Positions 35,057-47,660 of a DNA stretch of 64,000 bases are shown in pieces. Positions within the stretch are counted from its first letter, which is position 1; the number at the start of each line of letters is the position of its first letter. The DNA comes from Ranitomeya imitator (taxonomy: Eukaryota). Made by a program: the position numbers and the translations under genes. The stretch is from assembly GCF_032444005.1 (NCBI RefSeq), contig NC_091283.1:247628001-247692000 (forward strand). The letters run 5' to 3'. The notes beneath the pieces were generated by a model. That model ran no database searches and was not told where the DNA came from. It saw only the letters and a list, made by a program, of their open reading frames with translations.

Positions 35057-38000
35057 CTAGGTGGAGTTAAATAGAGCAGCACCTAACGACTTCACCACAT
35101 CACCTGAGGAAGGAAACTCAGAAGCCGCAGTACCACTTTCCTCCACCAACGGAAGCTCACAGAGAGAACCAGCCGAAGTACCACTTGTGACCACAGGAGG
35201 GAGCTCTGCCACAGAATTCACAACAGTACCCCCCCCTTGAGGAGGGGTCACCGAACCCTCACCAGAGCTCCCAGGATGACCAGGATGAGCCATATGAAAG
35301 GCACGAACAAGATCGGGAGCATGGACATCAGAGGCAAAGACCCAGGAATTATCTTCCTGAGCATAACCCTTCCACTTAACCAGATACTGGAGTTTCCGCC
35401 TTGAAACACGAGAATCCAAAATCTTCTCCACAATATACTCCAACTCCCCCTCCACCAAAACCGGGGCAGGAGGATCAACAGATGGAACCATAGGTGCCAC
35501 GTATCTCCGCAACAATGACCTATGGAATACGTTATGTATGGAAAAAGAATCTGGAAGGGTCAGACGAAAAGACACAGGATTAAGAACCTCAGAAATCCTA
35601 TACGGACCAATAAAACGAGGTTTAAACTTAGGAGAGGAAACCTTCATAGGAATATGACGAGAAGATAACCAAACCAAGTCCCCAACCCGAAGTCGGGGAC
35701 CCACACAGCGTCTGCGATTAGCGAAACGTTGAGCCTTCTCCTGGGACAAAGTCAAATTGTCCACTACATGAGTCCAAATCTGCTGCAACCTGTCCACCAC
35801 AGTATCCACACCAGGACAGTCCGAAGACTCAACCTGCCCTGAAGAGAAACGAGGATGGAACCCAGAGTTGCAGAAAAACGGTGAAACCAAGGTAGCCGAG
35901 CTGGCCCGATTATTAAGGGCGAACTCAGCCAAAGGCAAAAAGGACACCCAGTCATCCTGATCAGCAGAAACAAAGCATCTCAGATATGTTTCCAATGTCT
36001 GATTGGTTCGTTCGGTCTGGCCATTAGTCTGAGGATGGAAAGCCGAGGAAAAAGACAAGTCAATGCCCATCCTACCACAAAAGGCTCGCCAAAACCTCGA
36101 AACAAACTGGGAACCTCTGTCAGAAACGATATTCTCTGGAATGCCATGTAAACGAACCACATGCTGGAAAAACAATGGCACCAAATCAGAGGAGGAAGGC
36201 AATTTAGACAGGGGTACCAAATGGACCATCTTAGAGAAGCGATCACAGACCACCCAAATGACTGACATCTTTTGAGAGACGGGAAGATCTGAAATAAAAT
36301 CCATAGAGATATGTGTCCTAGGCCTCTTCGGGACCGGCAAGGGCAAAAGCAACCCACTGGCACGAGAACAGCAGGGCTTAGCCCGAGCACAAATCCCACA
36401 GGACTGCACAAAAGTACGCACATCCCGAGACAGAGATGGCCACCAAAAGGATCTAGCCACTAACTCTCTGGTACCAAAGATTCCAGGATGACCAGCCAAC
36501 ACCGAACAATGAACCTCAGAGATAACTTTATTCGTCCACCTATCAGGGACAAACAGTTTCTCCGCTGGGCAACGATCAGGTTTATTAGCCTGAAATTTTT
36601 GCAGCACCCGCCGCAAATCAGGGGAGATGGCAGACACAATTACTCCCTCTTTGAGGATACCCGCCGGCTCAGATACACCCGGAGAGTCGGGCACAAAACT
36701 CCTAGACAGAGCATCCGCCTTCACATTTTTCGAGCCCGGAAGGTATGAAATCACAAAGTCAAAACGGGCAAAAAACAACGACCAACGAGCTTGTCTAGGA
36801 GTCAACCGCTTGGCGGACTCGAGATAAGTCAAATTCTTATGATCAGTCAAGACCACCACGCGATGCTTAGCTCCTTCAAGCCAATGACGCCACTCCTCGA
36901 ATGCCCACTTCATGGCCAGCAACTCTCGATTGCCCACATCATAATTTCGCTCAGCAGGCGAAAACTTCCTGGAAAAGAAGGCGCATGGTTTCATCACCGA
37001 GCCATCAGAACTTCTCTGCGACAAAACAGCCCCTGCTCCAATCTCAGAAGCATCAACCTCGACCTGGAACGGAAGCGAAACATCTGGTTGACACAACACA
37101 GGGGCAGAAGAAAAACGACGCTTCAACTCTTGAAAAGCTTCCACCGCAGCAGAAGACCAATTGACCAAATCAGCACCTTTCTTGGTCAAATCGGTCAATG
37201 GTTTAGCAATACTAGAAAAATTGCAGATGAAGCGACGATAAAAATTAGCAAAGCCCAGGAACTTTTGCAGACTTTTCAGAGATGTCGGCTGAGTCCAATT
37301 ATGGATGGCTTGGACCTTAACAGGGTCCATCTCGATAGTAGAAGGGGAAAAGATGAACCCCAAAAATGAAACCTTCTGAACACCAAAGAGACACTTTGAT
37401 CCCTTCACAAACAAAGAATTAGCACGCAGGACCTGAAACACCGTTCTGACCTGCTTCACATGAGACTCCCAATCATCCGAGAAGATCAAAATGTCATCTA
37501 AGTACACAATCAGGAATTTATCCAGGTACTCTCGGAAGATGTCATGCATAAAGGACTGAAACACTGATGGAGCATTGGCAAGTCCGAATGGCATTACTAG
37601 ATACTCAAAATGGCCCTCGGGCGTATTAAATGCAGTTTTCCATTCATCGCCTCGCTTAATATGCACAAGATTATACGCACCACGAAGATCTATCTTGGTG
37701 AACCAACTAGCCCCCTTAATCCGAGCAAACAAATCAGATAACAATGGCAAGGGGTACTGAAATTTAACCGTGATCTTATTAAGAAGGCGGTAATCTATAC
37801 AAGGTCTCAGTGAACCATCCTTCTTGGCTACAAAAAAGAACCCTGCTCCTAATGGCGACGATGACGGGCGAATATGCCCCTTCTCCAAAGACTCCTTCAC
37901 ACAACTCCGCATAGCGGCGTGCTCAGGCACAGATAAATTAAACAGTCGACCTTTTGGGAATTTACTACCAGGAATCAAATCGATAGCACAATCACAATCC

Positions 38001-39285
38001 CTATGCGGAGGTAGGGTATCGGACTTGGGCTCATCAAATAAATCCCGGTAATCAGACAAGAACTCAGGAACCTCAGAAGGGGTGGATGACAAAATAGTCA
38101 GAAATGGGACATCACCATGTACCCCCTGACAACCCCAGCTGGACACAGACATGGATTTCCAATCTAATACTGGATTATGGACTTGTAGCCATGGCAACCC
38201 CAACACGACCACATCATGCAGATTATGCAACACCAGAAAGCGAATAACCTCCTGATGTGCAGGAGCCATGCACATGGTCAGCTGGGTCCAGTACTGAGGC
38301 TTATTCTTGGCCAAAGGCGTAGCATCAATTCCTCTCAATGGAATAGGACACTGCAAGGGCTCCAAGAAAAACCCACAACGCCTAGCATACTCCAAGTCCA
38401 TCAAATTCAGAGCAGCGCCTGAGTCCACAAATGCCATGACAGAATACGATGACAAAGAGCAGATCAAGGTAACAGACAGAAGAAATTTTGACTGTACCAT
38501 ACCAATGGTGGCAGACCTAGCGAACCGCTTAGTGCACTTAGGACAATCAGAGATAGCATGAGTGGAATCACCACAGTAGAAACACAGCCCATTCAGACGT
38601 CTGTGTTCTTGCCGTTTAACTCTGGTCAAAGTCCTATCGCACTGCATAGGCTCAGGTTTAAGCTCAGGTAATACCGCCAAATGGTGCACAGATTTACGCT
38701 CGCGCAAGCGTCGACCGATCTGAATGGCCAAAGACATAGACTCATTCAGACCAGCAGGCATAGGAAATCCCACCATGACATCCTTAAGGGCTTCAGAGAG
38801 ACCTTTTCTGAAAATAGCTGCGAGCGCACCTTCATTCCACTGAGTGAGTACGGACCACTTTCTAAATTTCTGACAATATACCTCTATTTCATCCTGACCC
38901 TGACACAGAGCCAGCAAATTCTTCTCTGCCTGATCCACAGAATTAGGCTCATCGTACAGCAATCCGAGCGCCAGGAAAAATGCATCGATATTACTTAATG
39001 CAGGATCTCCTGATGCAAGAGAAAATGCCCAGTCCTGAGGGTCGCCACGCAAAAAAGAAATAACGATCCTAACTTGTTGAACTGGGTCACCAGAGGAGCG
39101 AGGTTTCAAAGCCAGAAATAGTTTACAATTATTTTTGAAACTCAGAAACTTAGTTCTATCCCAAAAAACAAATCAGGAATAGGAATTCTCGGTTCTAACA
39201 TAGAATTCTGAACCACAAAGTCTTGAATACTTTGTACTCTTGCCGTGAGCTGATCTACACATGAAGACAGACCTTTAATGTCCAT
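35057..39285 (-). CDS. Gypsy A gag-pol with an intact chromodomain and one frameshift in early gag (~39160)
   Basis: ATG at 39285 (MDIKGL..). Adding one nt in the G-run restores F.GDRTKFLSFKNNCKLF as in B. The ORF then runs through YLVKWKGY..NSW and about 55 codons into the 3' LTR. Confidence 0.9.
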
Positions 39286-40755
39286 TGCTACACCTGTGTC
39301 CTGAACCACCCAAATGTCTAGGGGAAAAAAAAGGCAAAACACAGTACAGAGGAAAAAAAATGGTCTCAGAACTTCTTTTTTCCCTCTATTGAGGATCATT
39401 AGTACTTTGGGCCTCCAGTACTGTTATGAAAGGTAATTCAGTACCACAATGGACATAGAGGTCAGCGCACATACAGTGACCTGGCAATAACCCAAAAAAC
39501 AAGAACGAGCTCTGAGACGTGGGAACTCTGTTGACCGCAATCCCTAATCCTCACAAACCACACTAAAGGCAGCCGTGGATTGCGCCTAACGCTCCCTATG
39601 CAACTCGGCACGGCCTGAGAAACTAGCTAGCCTGAAGATAGAAAATAAGCCTACCTTGCCTCAGAGAAATACCCCAAAGGAAAAGGCAGCCCCCACATAT
39701 AATGACTGTGAGTTAAGATGAAAAGACAAACGTAGAGATGAAATAGATTTAGCAAAGTGAGGCCCAACTTTCTGAACAGAGCGAGGATAGGAAAGGTAAC
39801 TTTGCGGTCAACACAAAACCCTACAAAAACCACGCAAAGGGGGCAAAAAGACCCTCCGTACCGAAGTAATGGCACGGAGGTTCCCCCCCTCTCAGAGCTT
39901 CCAGCAAGCAGTAAAAAACAAATTGACAAGCTGGACAGAAAAAAACAGCAAACAAAAAGCAAAGAGGAACTTAGCTATGCAGAGCAGCAGGCCACAGGAA
40001 CGATCCAGGAGGAAACAGGTCCAATACTAGAACATTGACTGGAGGCCAGGATCAAAGCACTAGGTGGAGTTAAATAGAGCAGCACCTAACGACTTCACCA
40101 CATCACCTGAGGAAGGAAACTCAGAAGCCGCAGTACCACTTTCCTCCACCAACGGAAGCTCACAGAGAGAACCAGCCGAAGTACCACTTGTGACCACAGG
40201 AGGGAGCTCTGCCACAGAATTCACAACAGGGGATGTCACAATGGCAGCAACCCGGTCCGTGGTCCTGGGCGCCTAAGTCAAAGGGAATGTCCTTAAAGAG
40301 TCATTGAATAAAGTTTGTGCTCGTGATGCCACCTGTGGAATTTGGTCAGGGTGACCGACGCTGCTTAAAGGGGTCCTCTGGGGAGATGTTGTGGCAGCAG
40401 TGATGGTATGGCTTCCCACAGATGAAGCTGGGTCCCCAGGGCTTCCAGTGTATTGATAAAGATTGTGGGTGGTGTAGCAAGGAAACGGAGGACACAAGTT
40501 TGCAGTCTCTTTACCTGGTTTACTGATGAATTCAGGCAGCCACAGTCCAGGGTACCAAATCACAGGTACAGGTAGGATCCGGCTGGCTTGGAAGCGAGTT
40601 GGGATTCTCCTTTACAAGGTGGAGTTAGAAGCCTTCCTTCTAGCGCGGTGGTATAGTCCCTTGCTGCCTTAAGGTTCTCACAAGGTCCTCACGTGATCTC
40701 TCTGTCCCCCTTGTAGGTAGGACACTAACCCGTATAACAGGTGGCTCGAGCCTTT

Positions 40756-41928
40756 TTCTCAGGCTGGTAAGGAGCCATGGATATTGCCCCCCAACCTAAG
40801 AACAGCAACCTGCAGCTGCCCAGAAAAGGCACATCTATTAGATACGCCAATTCTGGCACTTTGCCCGGCTCTTCCCACTTGCCCTGTAGCGGTGGCAAGA
40901 GGGGTTAATATTTGTGGGGTCGATTTTATCTTTGTATTGTCAGGTAACATCAAGCCCACGACTCAGTAATGGAGAGTTAGACACATATCCATTATTAATC
41001 CTATAGTTATATGGTAAATAAAGACACAGCAAAGAATATAGTCTTTTAATTGGAAAACAAATGACAGACTCCTTTAATATTCTCAATTAAACCATACTTA
41101 CGACCTCGTCTAATTCCACCGAAGCCCTTGATCTCCTGGAATAAAAATAAAATAACAAAACAACAACAATATACCATACCTGTCTCTCGTTCTGTCCCAC
41201 ACCGTAATCCATGTCTGGAGGATAATTAGTTTTCAACATGGACGGTGCCAAGATGCGACCGTCCAGGCTGAGAACCACTGGTGAATGAGCTGATAAGAGC
41301 ACAGCATCATTGACCAGCAGTGACCTCCGGACTGTGGGAAAATGCCAGTGATGATGTCACCGCTAGTCACTGAGGCTGGGCTCGCAGCAGCTCATTCACC
41401 AGTAGTTTTCAGCCTGGACGGTCGCATCTTGGCACCCTTCAGGCTGAAAACTATTTGCCACCCAGACATGGATTACAGCGTGGGGCAGAACGACGGACAG
41501 GTATGGTATATTGCTGTTTTTTTATTTTACTTTTATTACAGGAGATCGAGGACTTTGGTGGAATTAGGCAATGCAGTACGTATGGTTTACTTTGAACTTA
41601 ATAAAGGAGTCTGTAATTTTTTCAATTAAAGGACTTTACTCTGGCTGTGTCTTTATTTACATATAACTATAGGATTAGTAATGGATAGGTGGCTTATAGA
41701 CACTTCTCTATTACTAAGCCGTGGGCTTGATGTCACCTGAAAATATAAAGGTGACATCAATCCCACAAATATTAACCCCACTTGCCACCACTACAGGGCA
41801 AGTGGGAAGACCCGGGCAAAGTGCCACAATTGGCGCATCTAAGAAATGCGCCTTTTCTGGGAAGCTGCGGGCTGCTGTTTTTAGGCTGGAGGGGGGCCTA
41901 AAGCAATAGCCCCTTACCAGCCTGAGAA
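40756..41928. repeat. ~1.2-kb foldback (long inverted repeat) element centred near 41345
   Basis: TTCTCAGGCTGGTAAGG (40756-40772) pairs with CCTTACCAGCCTGAGAA (41912-41928), and the arms pair imperfectly to the centre. Positions 1-150 are the paralogous right arm. Confidence 0.85.
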
Positions 41929-42426
41929 TACCAGCGCCCAGCTGTGAGCTTTAGTAAGGCTGGTTGCAAAAAATGCGGTGGACCTAATGCCGTTTTTTTA
42001 ATTTATTATTTATTAAAATATATATAAAAAAAATAACAACGTGGGGACCCCGATCATCTGCTCCTGCTGTCACTGTTATTAGCGGCAGCAAGTGTCGGAT
42101 GATGGGAGTAATAGTCCCTAAAGCCCCCACCTGCTGTCATCGTTCAGACTTTAATATAACTCATCATTCTCTTCTGCTCCTGCCGATCGCTGGCAAAGCA
42201 GGGGAGAACGATGAGAGCCGTCTTCAGCACCCGTCACAGGGGAACAGCGCTTACAGTAGCACTTCTTCCCAGGCGGCCGTCTGTGTGGTACTGAGGCAGC
42301 ACACGGTTGCCACACATGTGCCGCAAGTATTACACACACGGACACTGATATCTCCGGTATTGGTTTTTCCGGGATCGGAAATAAACGGACGTGTCTGAGT
42401 TCTGATGACACCTTCTCTCCATCTAC

Positions 42427-43213
42427 CTGATGATCCTGAGGAGCATTGGGATCTTCTTGGTTACAGTCCTGTGGAAGAAAAAGAGGACGGGGACATCTCT
42501 TTGGTGTTGTCCTCTTACTGGATAGATCTGGAGGAAACACATACAGGGAGTGAATTCATTCTTTACATACAGATAATTATAGGCCATGTGTATTTAGTCC
42601 TGTCTATTACCTGGAGATGTGAGGGGCTGGGGAACCTCCATTATGACGTTCTTGTACAGATCTCTGTGTCCTTCTAAATACTCCCACTCCTCCATGGAGA
42701 AATAGACAGCGACATCCTGACACCTTATAGGAACCTGACACATACAATGATACCGTCATCCCCCGATCCCTTCATAGTGTTACTGTATAATGTCCCAGCA
42801 TTCCCAGCACTGTCACCTCTCCAGTCAGCAGCTCAATCATCTTGTAGATGAGTTCTAGGATCTTCTGGTCATTGATGTCCTCATGGATCGTTCTGGTCTA
42901 CGGGGTGAGGTGGAGGCCCCGTGATTGGGCTCAGGGGTCTTCTCCATCCCTCAGACACAGGGTCCTGACAGCGATCACTAGGGGTCTTCTTCACCACTGT
43001 GTAATCCTGGTAGTGGAGAGACACATTAATATATCTCACTACAGACATTTCCAGAGTCCTCACCTCTCCAGTTCTGTCCATCTGTTATTCCCATAGATAA
43101 GAATGATGTAATGTGACATCATCAGAATCTCTCACCTCTCCAGTAAGCCGGAAGAGGATCTCTAGGGTGAGGTGTAATATCCTCTCCCCCATCTTGTCTC
43201 TGTCCATATCCAT
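42427..43213 (-). CDS. ZNF-B FAX/KRAB-like coding exons
   Basis: Same four exons as copy A with intact splice sites. The second carries a 12-for-2 nt replacement at 42890-42901. Confidence 0.85.
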
Positions 43214-44130
43214 CTTTGATGGGTAAATCAGGAGAATTTTCTTTTGTAGAAGATCTTCACTGGGAGGATCCGATATTGTAGAAACCTGAATGAGAAGATG
43301 AGCCGATGTAACATCATAAGAATCCTGTAATAATACAATTACTGGAGATAATAAGGGAAACATATGAGGAGATTTATTATTTTACAGTGTTCAGTTTCCT
43401 TCTTTACATCTACTAATAAATCCTATATATTTAGGCCACAGACAACAAGCAGTTTCTTCCTCGGAGTCGGCAGCTGAATACGTTCCCCATAGACTCATCT
43501 TCCAAAACGCTAATTCTCGTCTCATTTACCGACCCTGGAATCGGCATTAGTAATACTGCAGGAGATATTCATTACACGCGACATGAGAAATAACTACTTC
43601 ATGATGAGAACGACATCTTCATCTTCTACTACGGCTCTAGAGACAGATTTGGCCAGAGTCGGTCACTGACTCCATCACCACCGGCCTCTATATGAAGGTT
43701 TCCCGTCTTCCCCGCACTGTAATCTTCTATCACGTTAGATCTCAGCTCTGATTCACACACACAAGTTTGAGGCTTTTATAAGAGACTAGATGGTGACGTG
43801 ATTCTAACGTATCGGGTATTCTAGAATATGTAGGTAGTATATAGCGCAGGCTACGTACTATATTGCACAGTGACGTAGTATATAACATAGCTACATAGTA
43901 TATAACATAGCCACGTAGTATATTGCACAGCTATGTAGTATATTGGTCAGCGACGTAGTGAGGCCAATGTCTCCATGTACAGAGCTTCTTTCTCGGGATA
44001 TGATGGGATTTCTTTGGTACTTTCCCCCCATTAGAAGGGACACCTGTGGATATTGGGGTCTTTCACTGCTACAGTCCTGGTGGGATATACTCGGTAATGT
44101 GGACGTTGGACAAATATCACTATCAATTAC

Positions 44131-44340
44131 CATCAGCCTGAAGGAACATCGCTCCTCTATTCGGTTCTATGGATCTAGGATGAAATCCACTGCGGCCTCT
44201 GCAAGAATAGAAGGAGAACGAGCAGAAGTTGGGTGATGAGACCACAATGGCCGGAGATTTATATGGCTGCTGTGTGCGCACAGGACCTGTGATGAGGTCA
44301 CAGGAGGGGAAGAGTCAGGGGTCACATGATCAGGGGCCTC
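44131..44340 (-). promoter_or_regulatory. Putative promoter and first exon of ZNF-B
   Basis: Minus-strand TATAAA at ~44263-44258 and a donor with the exon ending at 44131. Paralogous to 2476-2680. Confidence 0.4.
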
Positions 44341-44609
44341 TGTGTATATGCAGGACTCTGCTGTGCTGGTTGTCATGGTGCTGGATGAGGGGAAGTTAAT
44401 GTGTGGGGTCAGGAGGGGTTTACAGTGTGGATGTAGCAGAGCCGCATGTGTACGAGGTATACGGAGCGGAGCCGTGTGTGTGCGAGATGTACGGAGCGGA
44501 GCCGCGTGTGTACGAGGTGTATGGAGCGGAGCCATGTGTGTACGGAGCAGAGCCTGGCATATACTGAGCAGAGCCCTGTTTGTATGGGGTCCTGTGTACT
44601 GACCAACTG

Positions 44610-45872
44610 TATACCCCCAGCTTTGGTCACAGACCCCTCTGTGTACGCTGTATACACCCGTATACCCCCAGCTTCGGTCACAGACCCCCCTGTGTACTCT
44701 GTATACACCCGTATACCCCCAGCTTCGGTCACAGACCCCTCTGTGTATGCTGTATACACCCGTATACCCCCAGCTTTGGTCACAGACCCCTCTGTGTACG
44801 CTGTATACACTCATATACCCCCAGCTTTGGTCACAGACCCCCTCTGTGCACGCTTTATACACCCATATACCCCCTTCTTCGGTCACAGACCCCCCTGTGT
44901 ACACTGTATACACCCGTATACCTCCAGCTTCGGCCTCACACCCCTCTGTGTACTCTGTATACACCCGTATACCCCCAGCTTTGGTCACAGACCCCTCTGT
45001 GTACTCTGTATACACCCGTATACCCCCAGCTTCAGTTGCAGACCCCTCTGTGCACCCTGTATACAGCCGTATACCTCCAGCTTCGGTCATAGACCCCTCT
45101 GTGTACGCTGTATACACCCGTATACCTCCAGCTTCGGTCACAGACTCCCCTGTGTATGCTGTATACACCCGTATACCCCCAACTTCGGTCACAGACCCCC
45201 CCTGTGTGCACTGTATACACCCGTATACCCCCAGCTTCGGTCACAGGCCCCCCTGTGCACGCTTTATACACCCATATACCCCCTTCTTCGGTCACAGACC
45301 CTCCTGTCTACGCTGTATACACCCGTTTACCCCTAGCTTCGGTCACAGACTCCCCTGTGTATACTGTATACACCCGGATACCCCCAGCTTCGGTCACAGA
45401 CCCCCCTGTGTACACTGTATACACCTGTATACCCCCAGCTTCGCTCACAGACCCCCCCAGCTCTCCCCTGTATATTCCCAGCTTCAGTCGCAGACCCATC
45501 TGTGTACGCTGTATACTCTCGTATACCCCTTGCTTCGATCACAGACCCTTTTGTGTACTCTGTATACACCCATATACCACCAGCTTCGGTCACAGACCCC
45601 CTGTGTACACTGTATACACCTGTATACCCCCAGCTTCGGTCACAGACCCCCCTGTGTACGCTGCATACACCCGTATACCCCCAGCTTCGGTCACAGACCC
45701 CCCTGTGTACACTGTATACACCTGTATACCCCAGCTTCGGTCACAGACCCCCCTTTGTGCGCTGCATACACCTGTATACCCCCAGCTTCGGTCACAGACC
45801 CCCCTGTGTGCATTGTATACACCGTATACCCCCAGCTTCACTCACAGACCCCCCCAGCTCTCTATCCCCCTG
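44610..45872. repeat. 51-bp minisatellite, about 24-25 units
   Basis: Same unit as 2922-3362, about three times longer. Confidence 0.92.
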
Positions 45873-46689
45873 TAGAACTGACCCACACGGTAACACTGCG
45901 GTCATCAGCCTCTCGTCTCTCGTACATCTACTGATAACATAAGATGAACAGAATCCAGCCCTACTCACTGAATTCTGCCCATCAGTGGAGCTCGACACCT
46001 TATTAATTCGACATTGGCGCCCCCACTGCTCGGCCGCTGTCCCTGTAATATCCTGTAAATATAATAAAACCCAACACCTTGCCAGCTCAAATGGTTTAAA
46101 AATATAATAAACCCCATGTGTTTGGAGGCTCAGTTATTAAATGAATCCTTATTGTCCACAACCAGCGCCACCCAATTATGACACACCGATAACGTATTAA
46201 ATATGGAGCAATCTGAGCCGGGTAACAACAAGATCAGCACTCATCCATCAAAGTGTACCTCAATGTTTTTCACCCTGCCGCCTCATCAGGAGGCCCAATA
46301 TAATGATGTCAGCTCACGATATATGATGTACATGTGTCCTCTATCGGAGGGTCCTTTTCATTAGCCACTTGCCCAGACTACTCCTCAAACAGCCCCTCAC
46401 TATCTGTTGAATGAACACAAAGATTCAATCGTACTGCACATGCTCCGCACCACAACCTGTGTTCCACACTGAGACTCATAGATAGAAGCATACTGGAGGG
46501 CGCGTCAAGTTCCAGAGAACATGCCCGGAAATGACGCAAAGTGCTGGAGCGCCCGGGCCAGAAGGTACGCGCATCCTCCGTTTCGTGTCATACTCCAGCG
46601 CTTGAACGCATGGACCTGATGATCACTTGCTCCCATACTGGATTGATGTGTCCCAAGCTGGAACACTTGCCCAGCATATACCTGTAGTG

Positions 46690-47660
46690 ATCAATGCCAA
46701 TGTCAAATCAAAAGGAACTGACAATAGATATATGGGAGAGTCTGTGGGGCCATATAGTACCAACAGCTTCCTAAAGTGGGACAGCCACCACCCAGCCCCC
46801 TCAGAAAGGTATACCCAAAGGGCAATTCCTCGGATCCAGGAGGAGCTGCTCTAATATCCGGGAATTTCATAGACAAGCAGGTAGGATGTATGGCTGGATA
46901 AGAGATAAAGGCTATCCCCAATATATTCTAGATTCAGTCCGCACGTTTGGAGAAAATAGGAATAGACAGTCCCTTTTACTGAATAAACAAAAGGAAAAAG
47001 AAGGCAGTTCCCAAAATGACATTACAAGGCTTATTAGCACGTTTCATAGAAAACATAGCCACGTCCGGAATGTACTTAGGAGACATTAAGACATCTTAAG
47101 AATAAATCCAGACCCTAGGGAGATGGTGGGGACTACGATCGCCTATAGGAGAGGACAATCTATGAGAGATCATTTTGTACAGTCTCCACCAAAAACCTAC
47201 ATATGGGGGTAAATGGCTGGATAGGAAGACGTGTGGATTCTATAACTGTGGAGACTCATTTCTGTAAATGGATGAGATCCAACAAATCTTTCACAAGGTC
47301 ATCCACTGGGAGAACAGAGGGACTTCTCAAATTATTAGACTGCGGGCATAGTCTACGTAGCCAAATATCTCTGTCCCTTGGATTATCTAGGGAAAATGGA
47401 GAGAGTTCAGAAGGAGGGAGAGTGAACCTTTGGGAGACATAAATGATCATGATACCCCACTAGCAAGACTATTGAGAGGGACACACTATGGGGAGATGAA
47501 TACAATCTGCTTCTTTGTGATAGAAGTGGTCAAACCTAGTCCCGGGTGGGAGATCATGGTAGGAATATGCTGAGAAGAGAAATTGAGTGGATTTTCAGAA
47601 TGGATTCACTTACCCTAAAAGGATTAAGTGAACAGATATCGTATGCTTGTTTTTGTAAAC
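46690..47660 (+). mobile_element. Decayed Penelope-like element (RT C-terminus plus GIY-YIG endonuclease)
   Basis: Across frameshifts: NSFLKWDSHHP, GIPKGQFL..RRSCS, KGYP, VYVA..CP..Y.GK, and C-terminal LRREIEWIFRMDSL..KGL.E.I.YACF. Confidence 0.78.

Larger units (their letters stand above)
28693..40228 (-). mobile_element. Gypsy A: Tf1/sushi-type chromovirus LTR retrotransposon
   Basis: TG..CA LTRs: 5' LTR 40228-39422 (807 bp), 3' LTR split as 35225-34968 plus 29245-28693. PPT (AAGGGGGGG on the minus strand) abuts 35225. Apparent 6-bp direct repeat GGGGAT flanks the element. Confidence 0.95.
28600..40755. mobile_element. Older, probably LTR-derived sequence (about 28600-28692 plus 40229-40755) split by Gypsy A
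   Basis: Sequence appears continuous across the GGGGAT duplication (..CTTAAAGGGGAT|GTCACAATGG..). The LTR nature is inferred and boundaries are approximate. Confidence 0.4.
12723..43213 (-). pseudogene. ZNF paralog B: FAX/KRAB-like C2H2 ZNF, frameshifted in the second coding exon (pseudogene, or rescued by exon skipping)
   Basis: Model 43213-43136, 43006-42817 (190 nt versus 180 nt in copy A), 42734-42611, 42527-42427, 28114-28024, 14032-12723. Splice phases chain correctly. TGA at 42883-42881 results from the +10 nt. Confidence 0.75.
41814..45961. repeat. Paralogous block of 1-3452 (tandem ZNF duplication)
   Basis: Collinear high similarity from the foldback arm through exons, promoter and VNTR. 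Diverges after ..GAACAGA.TCCAGCCC. Confidence 0.95.

Noticed and set aside
44167-45942. Overlapping 150-395 aa ORFs (also at 2687-3434)
   Set aside because: Products of the 51-bp VNTR (17-codon period).
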